DNA from: an uncultured bacterium
Lineage (GTDB): Bacteria > JAJVIF01 > JAPKYR01
DNA: 64,000 bases
Direction: 5' to 3'
Assembly: GCA_965369865.1 (NCBI GenBank)
Contig: CBDURU010000001.1
Coordinates: 32,001 to 96,000 of the forward strand
The notes beneath the pieces were generated by a model that saw only the letters and a list, made by a program, of their open reading frames with translations, searched no databases and was not told the origin of the DNA. The first letter of the stretch is position 1; each line of letters starts with the position of its first letter. A program made the position numbers and the translations under genes. Positions 50,069 to 60,563 of this stretch are shown here, in pieces.

Positions 50069-50770
50069 ATGACCGAACAAGAATCCCAGACTGTCTGTAT
50101 CATCCCAGCCTTTGATGAGGCTCCTACAGTCGCGGATATCGCCAGGATCGCGGTCGAACATCCTTTAATCGGCCGCGTTTTTGTAATCGATGACGGCTCA
50201 ACTGATGATACATCTGAAAAAGCACGGGCGGTCGATGGAGTTAACCTCATCGTTCACAATGTAAACGGCGGTAAAGGAAAGGCCATGCGCACCGGCCTGG
50301 ATGCGACTGATGAACCAATCGTCCTATTTCTTGACGCGGACCTGGTCGGTTTGAAACCTCACCATATCACCGACCTTATGAAACCTGTCCTCGATGGTGA
50401 TGCGGACATGTCCGTCGGGCTTTTCAGAGGCGGACGCCTTCACACCGATCTCGCGCATATGATCACCCCCTCACTCTCCGGCCAGAGGACAGTCCAAAGA
50501 TCGGTGATCGAAAATATGGACATGGACTCGGTTGGATTCGCGATTGAAAGGGCACTGACAGAACTCTGGGAAACAGGAAAAATCAAAGTTAAAGATGTCA
50601 TCTGGAAAGGCGTCACACATCGAACCAAAGAGGAGAAACGCGGGTACATCGAAGGCGTCAGGCAGCGAATAGGAATGTTTTCGGAGATACTTAAATTCGA
50701 AGGGAAACGCATCGGGAGACGCCTGAAAAACGGCAAAACCACTCACTCTGAACGGTCGGACAAACCGTAA
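50069..50770 (+). CDS. Glycosyltransferase family 2
   Basis: IIPAFDE, IDDGSTD, NGGKGKA, FLDAD, SGQR. Confidence 0.92.
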   Translation: MTEQESQTVCIIPAFDEAPTVADIARIAVEHPLIGRVFVIDDGSTDDTSEKARAVDGVNLIVHNVNGGKGKAMRTGLDATDEPIVLFLDADLVGLKPHHITDLMKPVLDGDADMSVGLFRGGRLHTDLAHMITPSLSGQRTVQRSVIENMDMDSVGFAIERALTELWETGKIKVKDVIWKGVTHRTKEEKRGYIEGVRQRIGMFSEILKFEGKRIGRRLKNGKTTHSERSDKP

Positions 50771-50987
50771 AATGCGCATCCTGCAAATGACCCTTGTAAA
50801 ATGTGCATTCTGCGCATGATTCAAAATTCCTCCCGGTTAACCTCGATACTCATTTTCTTCCAGTCACCTTTCCTGAAAAGTCAGAAATAATTCCAGCAAA
50901 ATGGTGAGCACATACCATGCTCGTTTTTAGAGCGACGGCTGGATTATCTAGCATCGAAGTAAGGTTGGTATGCTGTAAATTCATGAG

Positions 50988-53957
50988 TTATTTGGCTAAG
51001 GCCTTGGAAACCCTATCCAATTTTCTATGGACGAGTAAAGTATCCTCCGATTTTTCTCCCAGAGCTTTTTTAAGTGTTTTGTAAGCCTTCTGTAAATTGC
51101 TTTTCGCCTTAAGTAATTTTCCTTGCACTTCGTATAAGCTTCCTCTATGGCTAAGGCAAATACCTAAGTGTGCTTTTTCTTTGATGTCAGGAGATGCAAG
51201 AATTCGAAGAGCTTGGTCATTATAATTTAGAGACTCTTCGAACTCTCCAACTTTCATTAGACTAGCAGCTAAATTGTCAAACCTAATTCCAACGTATTCA
51301 TGCTCAGGACCATAGTTATGAACTTCGACCTCAAGGGCATGTCGATATAAGTGGGAAGCAATATGAAAATCTTCTTGGATTAAATGCAATTTTGCCAAAT
51401 CAGAATAAAGAACACTCATAACATCATTATCTTTCTCGCCTTTCGAAATAAATTCATTAATTTTGCAGTTGATTTTATTCATTAGGTTTATAGTCTCCAA
51501 ATTGCTTTCAAGAGTAGATGCATATTGTATGTTTTGCTTTCCAAATTTTTTAACTAGATCATTAGCTTTCAAAAATTGATCTAAAGCTTTATCATAATCA
51601 CCTTCTGCGCGATAAACGCATCCTAGATTATTGAAATGCAAAATTAGTTGAGATCTATTTATTGTATTCTCTTGTTGTTCTGAATCCGCTTTTATTGCTT
51701 TAGTAAGTAAAATTTTTGCAGCCCTTAACATTCCAGCATGCTTGTAAGCAACACTTAAGTTTGACAGTTTAAATGATATGTTTTGCATGTTTAGAAAACC
51801 AGCTTGTACGAGGAGCCTTAGAGATTTCTTGTGAAGTTTGATGGCCCCGGCTGGATTTCCCTGTTGTCGAATGACAACCGCTAAATCAGATAGACTACCA
51901 ATTGTTATTTCATGAGAAGCACCTAGGTGTTTTCTAGATAAATGATAAGATCTGGCAAAGGTTTTTTTCGCCAAATGTAGCTCGTCGGACTCCAGGTAAC
52001 ATAAACCGATGTTTTTTAAGCAGATAATGTATTCATGGTCTTCCTCCCCTTTTTGTTGCCTATAAATCTCAAGGGCTTTCTGAGATAACACTAATGCTTC
52101 ATTAAATCGCTCTAGTTTTCTTAACACCCCAGCAAGATTATCCGCAGATGTAGCATATTCAACTTGGTCACATCCACGGAAATGTTGCGAAATGTTAAGT
52201 GCATTTTCAAAGCAATCCAAAGCAGAATTAAGTTTAAAGGATTGGTCAAGTAATAATCCTGCAAAATTTAATAATCTTACATTGATTGCTTCAGCCAGTT
52301 TAATATGAGAAAGATGTTTTGAAATAGATAATACGTGCGGTAAAATTCTGATTTTAGATTTATGATTGAGAGTCGTATCTGCAATGAAATTATCCAGAAT
52401 CTTCGCAGATGCCCATGCATATGTAAGAAATGTTTCTTTATCGAGTTGACCTAGAACAACGTCTTGTAGAAGTCTATGGATTGAGAGATTATCAGAGTTT
52501 TCCAGTTGGAATCGATCCACCAAGGATAAAGCACGCAAATTCTTAATAAGTGTATTTAATAAAATATCATCTTGAGCCTGTTCTTCTAAAAACGAAGGTA
52601 AATATTCTTTTCCTTTTTTAATAATTGCTAGTGGGATGTCTTCAGGGGCAAAGAAAGCAAGTAAAAACAAGAGACTAGTACTTCCATCATCAAGAGATTT
52701 AATTGATGATAACCAAGTTGTGGCAACGGTTGAATGGTAATCGTCAACTTGCCTAACCTGCTCCAATATTTTTGTACGGTTTACGATCAAGATATCATAT
52801 AATTTCCCTAGTGATATTCCAGAGAGTTTTGCATATGCAACTGACTGCTCTAAAGCTAGTGGGAGATCTTTTAATTCATCAGCTATTTTATCTGCAGCTT
52901 TAAGATCATCAGAACCGGTTCTTTGCACAATGAATCTGACAGACTCCTCCCGTTTCCACGGAGTAACAAGAATCTCGTGACCGATGTGGCTCCAGTCTGG
53001 ACTCAGGGATGTGATTATCACATTCCCACGTAAGCCCTGAGGAATGAATTCTTTTATTGACTGCTGATCAGGTGCATTATCATAGATAATGAGCCAGCTT
53101 TTATGTTGCCTTAGCCAATCGAGCACACTTTTCATAATTTCATAGTGTGGTAGATTAAAATCAATCATAAATTTGATATTTGGGAAGTATTCCTTGCTAA
53201 GGTTCTGGGCTAGATCGATAAATTGAACAGGAATGCTAGCTGGGAATTCGGAATTGATCCACCATACAATTTTATATTCGTGAGCGTAGTGATAGGCGTA
53301 CTCAAGAGCGATTTGCGTCTTACCAATGCCGGCTCCTGAATGGAGTACCTGGGTGACTGCAGCAGGAGTTCCAGATGTTAGACCTTCATGCAGGTGATGG
53401 AGAATTTCATCTCTACCAGTGAAACTAAGATTGCGATTATAAGGCACATGCCAGATTTTTGGTACTGCAAAAGGATCTGAGGGTTCATCAGTTTCAGGTA
53501 TAGCTGTACTGAATGGGCAAACTGGTTCATCATCCGGTTTTTTAATACCTTTAACCGTTGATTCAACCTTTAGTGCAAGCTCAGTTCTGTTAATGGTCCC
53601 AACAAGATCACTGTATATAATTGTTCTGAGCAATCCTTTGGGCTTATAGTCGGCAACCCTAAAAGGCATTATAATTGATTTGCCAGTTTCATTTTGCTTA
53701 TCATTGAAAGCATTCCACTCATCCATACACTGTTCAGATTGTTGATAATCAGGGGAAAGAAGCGCGATCATCCGATCGGCCTTTTCTACGGCATCTCCCA
53801 TATGCTTTCTGAAAGATTGACCATGCGCAAAGTCATATTTATCAAAGATTGTCTCACGATCACATTTTTTCCGAACAAACCATTCTATCCATTTGGCTTT
53901 AGGTGTGTCTTTGTGGCTATAACTTATAAAAATAATTTCCTTTCCATTTTTAACCAT
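50988..53957 (-). CDS. TIR + NB-ARC (STAND) + TPR protein (NLR-like)
   Basis: IFISYSH and CMDEW (TIR); VPYNRN..FTGRD, GAGIGKT, WLIIYDN, LPLALEQ, IHRLLQ; multiple TPRs. Confidence 0.9.
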   Translation of the reverse strand: MVKNGKEIIFISYSHKDTPKAKWIEWFVRKKCDRETIFDKYDFAHGQSFRKHMGDAVEKADRMIALLSPDYQQSEQCMDEWNAFNDKQNETGKSIIMPFRVADYKPKGLLRTIIYSDLVGTINRTELALKVESTVKGIKKPDDEPVCPFSTAIPETDEPSDPFAVPKIWHVPYNRNLSFTGRDEILHHLHEGLTSGTPAAVTQVLHSGAGIGKTQIALEYAYHYAHEYKIVWWINSEFPASIPVQFIDLAQNLSKEYFPNIKFMIDFNLPHYEIMKSVLDWLRQHKSWLIIYDNAPDQQSIKEFIPQGLRGNVIITSLSPDWSHIGHEILVTPWKREESVRFIVQRTGSDDLKAADKIADELKDLPLALEQSVAYAKLSGISLGKLYDILIVNRTKILEQVRQVDDYHSTVATTWLSSIKSLDDGSTSLLFLLAFFAPEDIPLAIIKKGKEYLPSFLEEQAQDDILLNTLIKNLRALSLVDRFQLENSDNLSIHRLLQDVVLGQLDKETFLTYAWASAKILDNFIADTTLNHKSKIRILPHVLSISKHLSHIKLAEAINVRLLNFAGLLLDQSFKLNSALDCFENALNISQHFRGCDQVEYATSADNLAGVLRKLERFNEALVLSQKALEIYRQQKGEEDHEYIICLKNIGLCYLESDELHLAKKTFARSYHLSRKHLGASHEITIGSLSDLAVVIRQQGNPAGAIKLHKKSLRLLVQAGFLNMQNISFKLSNLSVAYKHAGMLRAAKILLTKAIKADSEQQENTINRSQLILHFNNLGCVYRAEGDYDKALDQFLKANDLVKKFGKQNIQYASTLESNLETINLMNKINCKINEFISKGEKDNDVMSVLYSDLAKLHLIQEDFHIASHLYRHALEVEVHNYGPEHEYVGIRFDNLAASLMKVGEFEESLNYNDQALRILASPDIKEKAHLGICLSHRGSLYEVQGKLLKAKSNLQKAYKTLKKALGEKSEDTLLVHRKLDRVSKALAK

Positions 53958-53983
53958 AAAAACACCAATATCTGTACTGAACT

Positions 53984-55390
53984 CTAACCCCTTGCGGCCA
54001 TCTCTACTTCCGCGTATTCGGCGGTGAAATGCCTTAATACCGGGGGTTCGTAGGTCAGGCGTATGCCTTTCAATTCGTCTCGTTTTTCGTACACGGTTTT
54101 GATAGTATCAATAACATAATCCATTTGGGTTTGCGTGTAGACACGACGCGGGATCGCCATCCGGACGAATTCGAAACGTGCGGTACGTTCCTTGCCGGTC
54201 TCCGGGTCGCGTCCCGCGAGGATTGTCCCGATCTCGCACACTCGCACTCCACCCTCAATGTAAACCGCGTTCTGAAAAGCAATGCCCGGATATAATTTCC
54301 GGGGCATATCGGGCATTGCTTTTGTAATGTTTAAATAAACAGCGTGGCCGCCGGTCGGCCAGAAAATCGGTACTCCCGCCTTACGGAGCCTGGCTCCAAG
54401 GTAACGGGTTTGCCCGATACGCCATGTCAGGTAGTGCTCATCCATTCCTTCCCGTAAGCCGACCGCAAGCGCCGCGATATCCCGTCCGGCCTGGCCGCCG
54501 TAAGTCGGGAAACCCTCGAACAACGTTGCCATGGTCGCGAGTTTCCGGTAAAGCTCCTCATCGCGGCAGACGATGAGTCCGCCGATATTAACAAGCCCGT
54601 CCTTCTTGCTCGACATCATCGCCCCGTCGACATAACTGAACATCTCTTTGACGATTTCCGGAATTGTTTTTTCCGCGTAGCCTTCCTCGCGGGTTTTTAT
54701 AAAGTATGCGTTTTCGGAAAACCGGGCCGCGTCGAAAAACAAGGGGATTTCGTAGCCCCCGCAAACCTTGCTGATTTCCCGTATGCAATTCATGCTGACA
54801 GGTTGGCCGGCAGCGGTGTTCGCGGTGATTGTCAGGATTACGAGCGGTACATTGTCGATCCCGGCATCCTCAATCGCCCTTGTTAATTTGTCAGGATCGA
54901 TATCACCCTTGAACGGGCTGTCACTTTCGGAATCGAGCGCTTCATCGCATATGCAGTCCACCCCGACCCCTCCCGCCCACTGGATGTGTCCGGATGTCGT
55001 ATCGAAATGCCCGTTTCCGGGCACGACCGGCCTTTTATCGGATTCGAGGAGTACTGTCAGCACAAGATGCTCGGCGCCGCGACCCTGGTGGGCGGGAAGC
55101 ACATACGGCATGCCGAAAATTTCCTTCGCCGTACGGTTAAGTTCCTCCCATGATTTCGAGCTTGCGTAAGATTCATCCCCCCGCATGATCGCTGCCCACT
55201 GCTCATCGCTCATCGCTCCGGTGCCGGAGTCGGTGAGGAGATCGATCGTAATTTTTCTGGCGGGAACATTAAAAATGTTGCCTTTCGCGTCCCGCCACAG
55301 GATTTTTTCACGTTCCTCGCGCTTAGTGATCGGGACTTTCTCGACTGCCTTTATTTTAAACGGCTCGAACGGGTATGAAATCTCCGGCAT
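53984..55390 (-). CDS. tnaA: Tryptophanase (beta-eliminating lyase)
   Basis: IDLLTDSGT, HQGRGAE, MSSKKD, EGFPTYGG, IPRRVYT; C-terminal LRHFT favours tryptophanase over tyrosine phenol-lyase (LRFFT). Confidence 0.88.
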   Translation of the reverse strand: MPEISYPFEPFKIKAVEKVPITKREEREKILWRDAKGNIFNVPARKITIDLLTDSGTGAMSDEQWAAIMRGDESYASSKSWEELNRTAKEIFGMPYVLPAHQGRGAEHLVLTVLLESDKRPVVPGNGHFDTTSGHIQWAGGVGVDCICDEALDSESDSPFKGDIDPDKLTRAIEDAGIDNVPLVILTITANTAAGQPVSMNCIREISKVCGGYEIPLFFDAARFSENAYFIKTREEGYAEKTIPEIVKEMFSYVDGAMMSSKKDGLVNIGGLIVCRDEELYRKLATMATLFEGFPTYGGQAGRDIAALAVGLREGMDEHYLTWRIGQTRYLGARLRKAGVPIFWPTGGHAVYLNITKAMPDMPRKLYPGIAFQNAVYIEGGVRVCEIGTILAGRDPETGKERTARFEFVRMAIPRRVYTQTQMDYVIDTIKTVYEKRDELKGIRLTYEPPVLRHFTAEYAEVEMAARG

Positions 55391-55556
55391 GCTTCACTCC
55401 TCGAAAGTGCTGAACAATCCGAAATGATTGTACTCTTTGGGGGGGAGTAGGCGCAAGGGGTGTAATACTGCAACCAGTGCTGAATGGTAAAGCGAATTAT
55501 ATTAAAGATGCAGGAATTTGCTTATTTACATATTAAATTCTTTGCCAGGGTATAGG

Positions 55557-58064
55557 TCAAGGATTGTACCTCGCGACGAAAATATTAAAACCTGCGCCGG
55601 AAGTCAGTAATGTCTCGTATGGTTCGCCCTCTCCGAATAAGGCAAAGCCTGAGAACCTACCTGTAACTACTGTAGAGTCATCCGAAAGTGCTGTGATCCC
55701 ATAACCATAATCTCTTTTGCTCCCGCCGGCACGTTTCACCCATACGAGCATTCCATCCGGGTCATACCTCGCAACGAAAACATCATAGTCCCCGTCGGAA
55801 GTGAGCACGGTCTGGTTTGGATCACCCTTCCCGAATGTGGGTGAATCTTTGAACCCCCCTGACAAAACGGTCGAGTTGTCTGAAAGCGTTGTGATTCCAT
55901 TACCCAAGCTCCAATCAGGATCGACAGCGCCTTTCGCCCAAGCAAGTGTTCCGTCCGGGTTGAATCGCGCGATAAAAATACCACCTGAACTTATGAAATT
56001 CAGCACAGTCTCATTAGGTCCACCCTCTCCGAATGTGGCTGATCCTCCAGACCGACCTGTTACTACGGTGGAGTCGTTGGAAAGCGATGTTATTCCATAA
56101 CCACGGTCAAAACCAATCCCTCCAGCACGTTTCGCCCACGCGAGTGTTCCGTCCTGGTTATACTGCGCGACGAAGATGTCATTTCCGTCAAAACCTCCAT
56201 GGAAGGAAAAGAGCACAGTCTGATTCGTTTCGTCCTTCCCGAATGTGGCTGGTCCGATGTACGACCCTGTTACAACAGTCGAGTTGTCTGACAGGGCGGT
56301 AATTGCATAACCGATATCCCCTGGATATGTACTGCCGCCAGCGCTTTTTGCCCAGGCAAGCGTTCCGTCCGGATTGTACCTCGCAACGAAAATATTATCG
56401 TTATTTCCCCCTGAAGTGAGTTGTGTCTGATTTGGTTCACCCTCCCCGAATGTAGCTGATCCCCTGAAGTATCCTGTTATTACAGTCGAGTCATCTGAAA
56501 GCGCGGTAATTCCATAACCGATATCCCCTGGATATGTGCTGCCGCCAGCGCTTTTCGCCCATGCAAGCGTTCCATCCGGGTTATATCGCGCGACGAAAAT
56601 ATTACAATTTTCTGAGGAAGTCAGTATGGTCTCATTCGCTTCACCCTTACCGAATGTGGTCCATCCTCTGAAACGCCCTGTTACCACGGTTGAGTCGTCC
56701 GAAAGCGATGTAATTCCATAACCCTCGTCCTCAACGCCCCCGCCAGCGCTTTTCGCCCATGCAAGTGTGCCGTCCGGGTTGTACCTTGCGACGAAAATAT
56801 CCTGCAAGCTAACGGAAATCAGCACAGTCTGATTGGGTTCCCCTTTTCCAAAAATAGCTGTTGCGTAAAAAATGCCGGTTACTACAATCGAGTTGTCCGA
56901 TAGTGTTGTGATTGCATAACCTTTTGCCATATCCCCGCCTGCGCTTTTCGCCCAGATCAGATTACCGTCTTCTTCCAAAGTAGTTCCATATTCGACCTGC
57001 CATGCATCAATCTGCCCTGAAAATTCATCAACTTCGGTGTCAACTACCCGTATGAGTAATGGAGAATCATCAGCAGTGCCACCCAAATCATTTAAAATTG
57101 TTCCGGTATATTCTGTGCTGTTTTCCTCACCAGTAGATTGGGTTAATTCAACAACTCCGTTGAATAAACCAGGCGCTTCAACGGTGACTTTGTTGATAGT
57201 TGAAATCCCCTGATGATCATACACTATAACCTTGATTGATTCAGACCCACCAGACTCAGGCCATGAGTCCATACTTGCATTAACAAAGTACGCCTCATTA
57301 CAATTCGCTTCAGGAGGAAAGTCGTTCACCGGGTCGTCCCATGTGTCGATCTCCATCCAGCACGCATCGACCGCATAGCCGAATTTTAAATCCCCAGGCG
57401 GTACATGAAGCCTTGCGCGACGGTGATCCTCCTCACCGGATTCTATCATACGCCGAGGATTTTCCCGGCCAAATGCGATGAATGGGTTTAAAGTTGCCGA
57501 GAAATCATAGCCGATCGACATGATTCCAGGGAAGTATGTCAAAATTGGTGTATTTTCGTTGTACGGAAAATCGGTTGGGTTGAAAAGTGTCGTGAATCCA
57601 GCCGGATTCATAATCCGGGGATTACTTCCATTGAAAGAGACCCTCTTACCGCTACCAGGGAAAGTATAGTCGGCATCGGTAATAAAAATAAACCGCATAT
57701 CGAATACAGTGTATTGCGGGAGATCGGGTAGCGGGTGTTTCAATTTTATATCGCAGGAAAAATTATTGCTATCATAGATTATGAAATCGCTGAACCAGAT
57801 GCAATCAGGACACAGCTCTATGAAAGGCAGGATGTTCAGGTGCATCGCGAGATCGCGGTTCGGTATTACTTCGACTGTCTGCCGATCTTCGGATATGCTG
57901 ACTTCGCCGACATTCAGGAGAATGCGGTTATCGCTGACAGTCGTCCGGTCATTGGGCTGGGGGGCGTTATCCGGGAGCAAGGCAGGATTCTCACCACCGG
58001 ACGAGCAACCGATAACAATCAGCAATGTGATTGTGATTAGGAGTACCAGTGAATGCGCTTTCAT
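55557..58064 (-). CDS. Lipoprotein with a conserved N-terminal domain and SBBP-like beta-propeller repeats
   Basis: VIGC lipobox; GGAGGG RBS before ATG 58064; paralog of 42234-44807. Confidence 0.82.
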   Translation of the reverse strand: MKAHSLVLLITITLLIVIGCSSGGENPALLPDNAPQPNDRTTVSDNRILLNVGEVSISEDRQTVEVIPNRDLAMHLNILPFIELCPDCIWFSDFIIYDSNNFSCDIKLKHPLPDLPQYTVFDMRFIFITDADYTFPGSGKRVSFNGSNPRIMNPAGFTTLFNPTDFPYNENTPILTYFPGIMSIGYDFSATLNPFIAFGRENPRRMIESGEEDHRRARLHVPPGDLKFGYAVDACWMEIDTWDDPVNDFPPEANCNEAYFVNASMDSWPESGGSESIKVIVYDHQGISTINKVTVEAPGLFNGVVELTQSTGEENSTEYTGTILNDLGGTADDSPLLIRVVDTEVDEFSGQIDAWQVEYGTTLEEDGNLIWAKSAGGDMAKGYAITTLSDNSIVVTGIFYATAIFGKGEPNQTVLISVSLQDIFVARYNPDGTLAWAKSAGGGVEDEGYGITSLSDDSTVVTGRFRGWTTFGKGEANETILTSSENCNIFVARYNPDGTLAWAKSAGGSTYPGDIGYGITALSDDSTVITGYFRGSATFGEGEPNQTQLTSGGNNDNIFVARYNPDGTLAWAKSAGGSTYPGDIGYAITALSDNSTVVTGSYIGPATFGKDETNQTVLFSFHGGFDGNDIFVAQYNQDGTLAWAKRAGGIGFDRGYGITSLSNDSTVVTGRSGGSATFGEGGPNETVLNFISSGGIFIARFNPDGTLAWAKGAVDPDWSLGNGITTLSDNSTVLSGGFKDSPTFGKGDPNQTVLTSDGDYDVFVARYDPDGMLVWVKRAGGSKRDYGYGITALSDDSTVVTGRFSGFALFGEGEPYETLLTSGAGFNIFVARYNP

Positions 58065-58247
58065 CCTGAAACCCTCCATTCTTAGGAAAAGGCATTTAAA
58101 CTCGGGTACAATATTACACTAATGAATCAGAGTTTGAATAGAGATAAATTGTAGCCCAGGTTATTTTGGAAGTCAACCAAATTTAAGGGGGTCAGGATTT
58201 GAGTTTGAATCGTTGACAAGCACGTTCGACCCTAAGATTGGCTGGGA

Positions 58248-60542
58248 TTGGTAGAAAATTATGTCTCACTCGGCTTGTCAAGGCCATTCTTTAGGGTTTT
58301 AATTAATTTACGTACATGTTATTATTTCATTCGTACAAGAACAGGGAATCCGGCTTCACATGGAGCCAACCCGCAGGGAGTCACAGAGATAGAAAAAGCA
58401 GGCGAAAATTCTACGATTAATCCGTTTTTTGTTGAAGAGCCGAGGATGGTATACGGTCCTGAGGCCGGCGACTGGCTGGAGCAATTCTGGCACCCTGAGC
58501 GACCCAATTATTATCTGCAGTTGTCGCAACCCCCGGATTATTACAGGGCACAGGAATGTTCAGTTTTTCTGCTGGTCCATGTAAAAGACATCTGGCCTCC
58601 AGGGGTGCTTATGGTCGGGGACAGGGGTATCCAACTGGATAGAATTATCGATGGTGAGTTGATCGTTGAGCCGTATCCCGGAGTGGCGGAAGGCGCTGGG
58701 ATCTGGATTGATAATGAGCCCTGGGCCGAGGATGAATGGGACTCATGGGCGGACCCTAACATGGGATATCGCATCGCCGAGGACGCTAAACCCAGGGGGG
58801 ATGAGTTTATAATAATATTTGAGATGGACGCGTTACTGGCTGATCCCGGCCTTGATGAGGTTAAGGTGCGTGTTACCGACTTCCACGAAAATTGGACAAG
58901 GACGGATAATGTGCTGGACCAGCAGGGCGGTGAATATGTTGTACGCGACTTGATGTTCAGGGATAATAACAGGTATCCGGATGACAATGATCCCTGTTAT
59001 TACCCTAACAATCAACCTCCGTACAGGAGAGTTGAATGCGACGGTTATGTAATGCCAAGGCCGGGCGGGACAACAGCCCTTGATGTGGTTGCGATCGTGT
59101 CATCTTATCATCCACCCGACAGTATCCCGGTCGATATTAGCGCACCTACTGACGAACCAGTGACTGGTGGTGGAGCGGAACAAGTAACTGCTCTATTGTA
59201 CCGCCTGAATAAAAGCGCGTGTCCGAGTGAATGGCTGGAAATTTGGAGTGACAGCACGTGTGCCGGTGCTATTTACAGTTCATGTGTTGAAATATACTGC
59301 CGTTATGCTACCGGGCGGGTATTCTATAATTGCCCTGAGGATCCACCGATGGTGGCTGCTACGGATAATGGGTACACCACAGTGTCATCACCTGCAAATC
59401 CTGTTGATTATTCGGAAACGCCGTTCTTGTATGTCAGCAGCAGCGATCACCTGATCGACGACCCAGGCGGGGATTATAAGGACTGGGCAAGTGCTATGGC
59501 GAGTGGTGTACAGATTAGTGGAAGTCCAATTCAGGATGCGAATATTTGGCACCATGCAGGTATGATTTTATCTGCTAGTTACGGAAATGGATTCCGGGGT
59601 TTATATGAAACTGAACTCGAGCAAAGTCCTGAATGGACTTTTGGGGGTGGGTGCAGTATAGAGAACCAGTATTACGCAAACTATAAAGACAACGTATTAA
59701 CTTATGGGTTTGAATTGGTTAAAGCTGAATGTGATGGATATGAAGCGCACTATGCAATTCAAAGCCAGGCAGATGTAATGTTTGTTCTTGCGCACGGTGA
59801 AGTGTTCGGTAGGCCTGCAGGAAGGAACATGTATGGTGAATGGGAGGAATCAAATACCCATGCAATTCCTCCAGGTACAGATATACTTGGGAATCCATGG
59901 GTCGATCAACCGTATTTATTCTATTTCCCGGAAAGCCCGTTACCACCTTATGACGAAACTGGTAATAAGAATGATATTATTGTCTGGGATGATTGGCCTG
60001 GTTATCTTGGGCCAAATCCAGATTCGGATTGGCTTGTCTTGATGGCGTGCCTTCAGCTTGGTGATCCCAGTACTCTTGCCCAATGTAATGCCTGGCTTTC
60101 ATATCGCCACCTTATCCAAAATTCGAGTATCAGATCCGTATTGGGCCATAGGGATTTACATAATGGTGGTGCATATTCTGTAGGGATTGGTAATAATCCA
60201 TTGCATCCAAATCTTTTTACTGGGACTTGGGAGGATGCTTTTATTGTTATGTTCTGCGGTTATCTGGAGTCAGGAGACTATCAACCTCACCCAACGGAAC
60301 GGTGGTTGAATTACGATCCATCAGTTGAATATGGGGCAATGTGTTACATGGAAGCTGCATGGTTGTATTATTATTACTATGAAACAATGTGCGGCCCGTG
60401 GGAGGAAGATCATGTTTTCCAGGATACTACTACAATTATTACTGCAAGTGCAGTTGATTTGAATTATCGATACATTTTAGAAAAAGTACGTACTGCCGGT
60501 ATACCAGAAGATGATTGGCCGGTAAGAATACATGTACTTTGA
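58248..60542 (+). CDS. Cassette protein 1: conserved N-block + variable region + putative clan CD (DUF6345-like) His/Cys domain; true start unclear
   Basis: ADVMFVLAHG, DWLVLMAC, SVLGHR; no signal peptide or good RBS at the TTG. Confidence 0.65.
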   Translation: MVENYVSLGLSRPFFRVLINLRTCYYFIRTRTGNPASHGANPQGVTEIEKAGENSTINPFFVEEPRMVYGPEAGDWLEQFWHPERPNYYLQLSQPPDYYRAQECSVFLLVHVKDIWPPGVLMVGDRGIQLDRIIDGELIVEPYPGVAEGAGIWIDNEPWAEDEWDSWADPNMGYRIAEDAKPRGDEFIIIFEMDALLADPGLDEVKVRVTDFHENWTRTDNVLDQQGGEYVVRDLMFRDNNRYPDDNDPCYYPNNQPPYRRVECDGYVMPRPGGTTALDVVAIVSSYHPPDSIPVDISAPTDEPVTGGGAEQVTALLYRLNKSACPSEWLEIWSDSTCAGAIYSSCVEIYCRYATGRVFYNCPEDPPMVAATDNGYTTVSSPANPVDYSETPFLYVSSSDHLIDDPGGDYKDWASAMASGVQISGSPIQDANIWHHAGMILSASYGNGFRGLYETELEQSPEWTFGGGCSIENQYYANYKDNVLTYGFELVKAECDGYEAHYAIQSQADVMFVLAHGEVFGRPAGRNMYGEWEESNTHAIPPGTDILGNPWVDQPYLFYFPESPLPPYDETGNKNDIIVWDDWPGYLGPNPDSDWLVLMACLQLGDPSTLAQCNAWLSYRHLIQNSSIRSVLGHRDLHNGGAYSVGIGNNPLHPNLFTGTWEDAFIVMFCGYLESGDYQPHPTERWLNYDPSVEYGAMCYMEAAWLYYYYYETMCGPWEEDHVFQDTTTIITASAVDLNYRYILEKVRTAGIPEDDWPVRIHVL
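58473..58915 (+). repeat. 443-bp direct repeat, copy 1
   Basis: Aligns without gaps to 61740-62182; about 320-bp core identical by eye. Confidence 0.95.
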
Positions 60543-60563
60543 GGACCTGAGAGGAGTATAATC

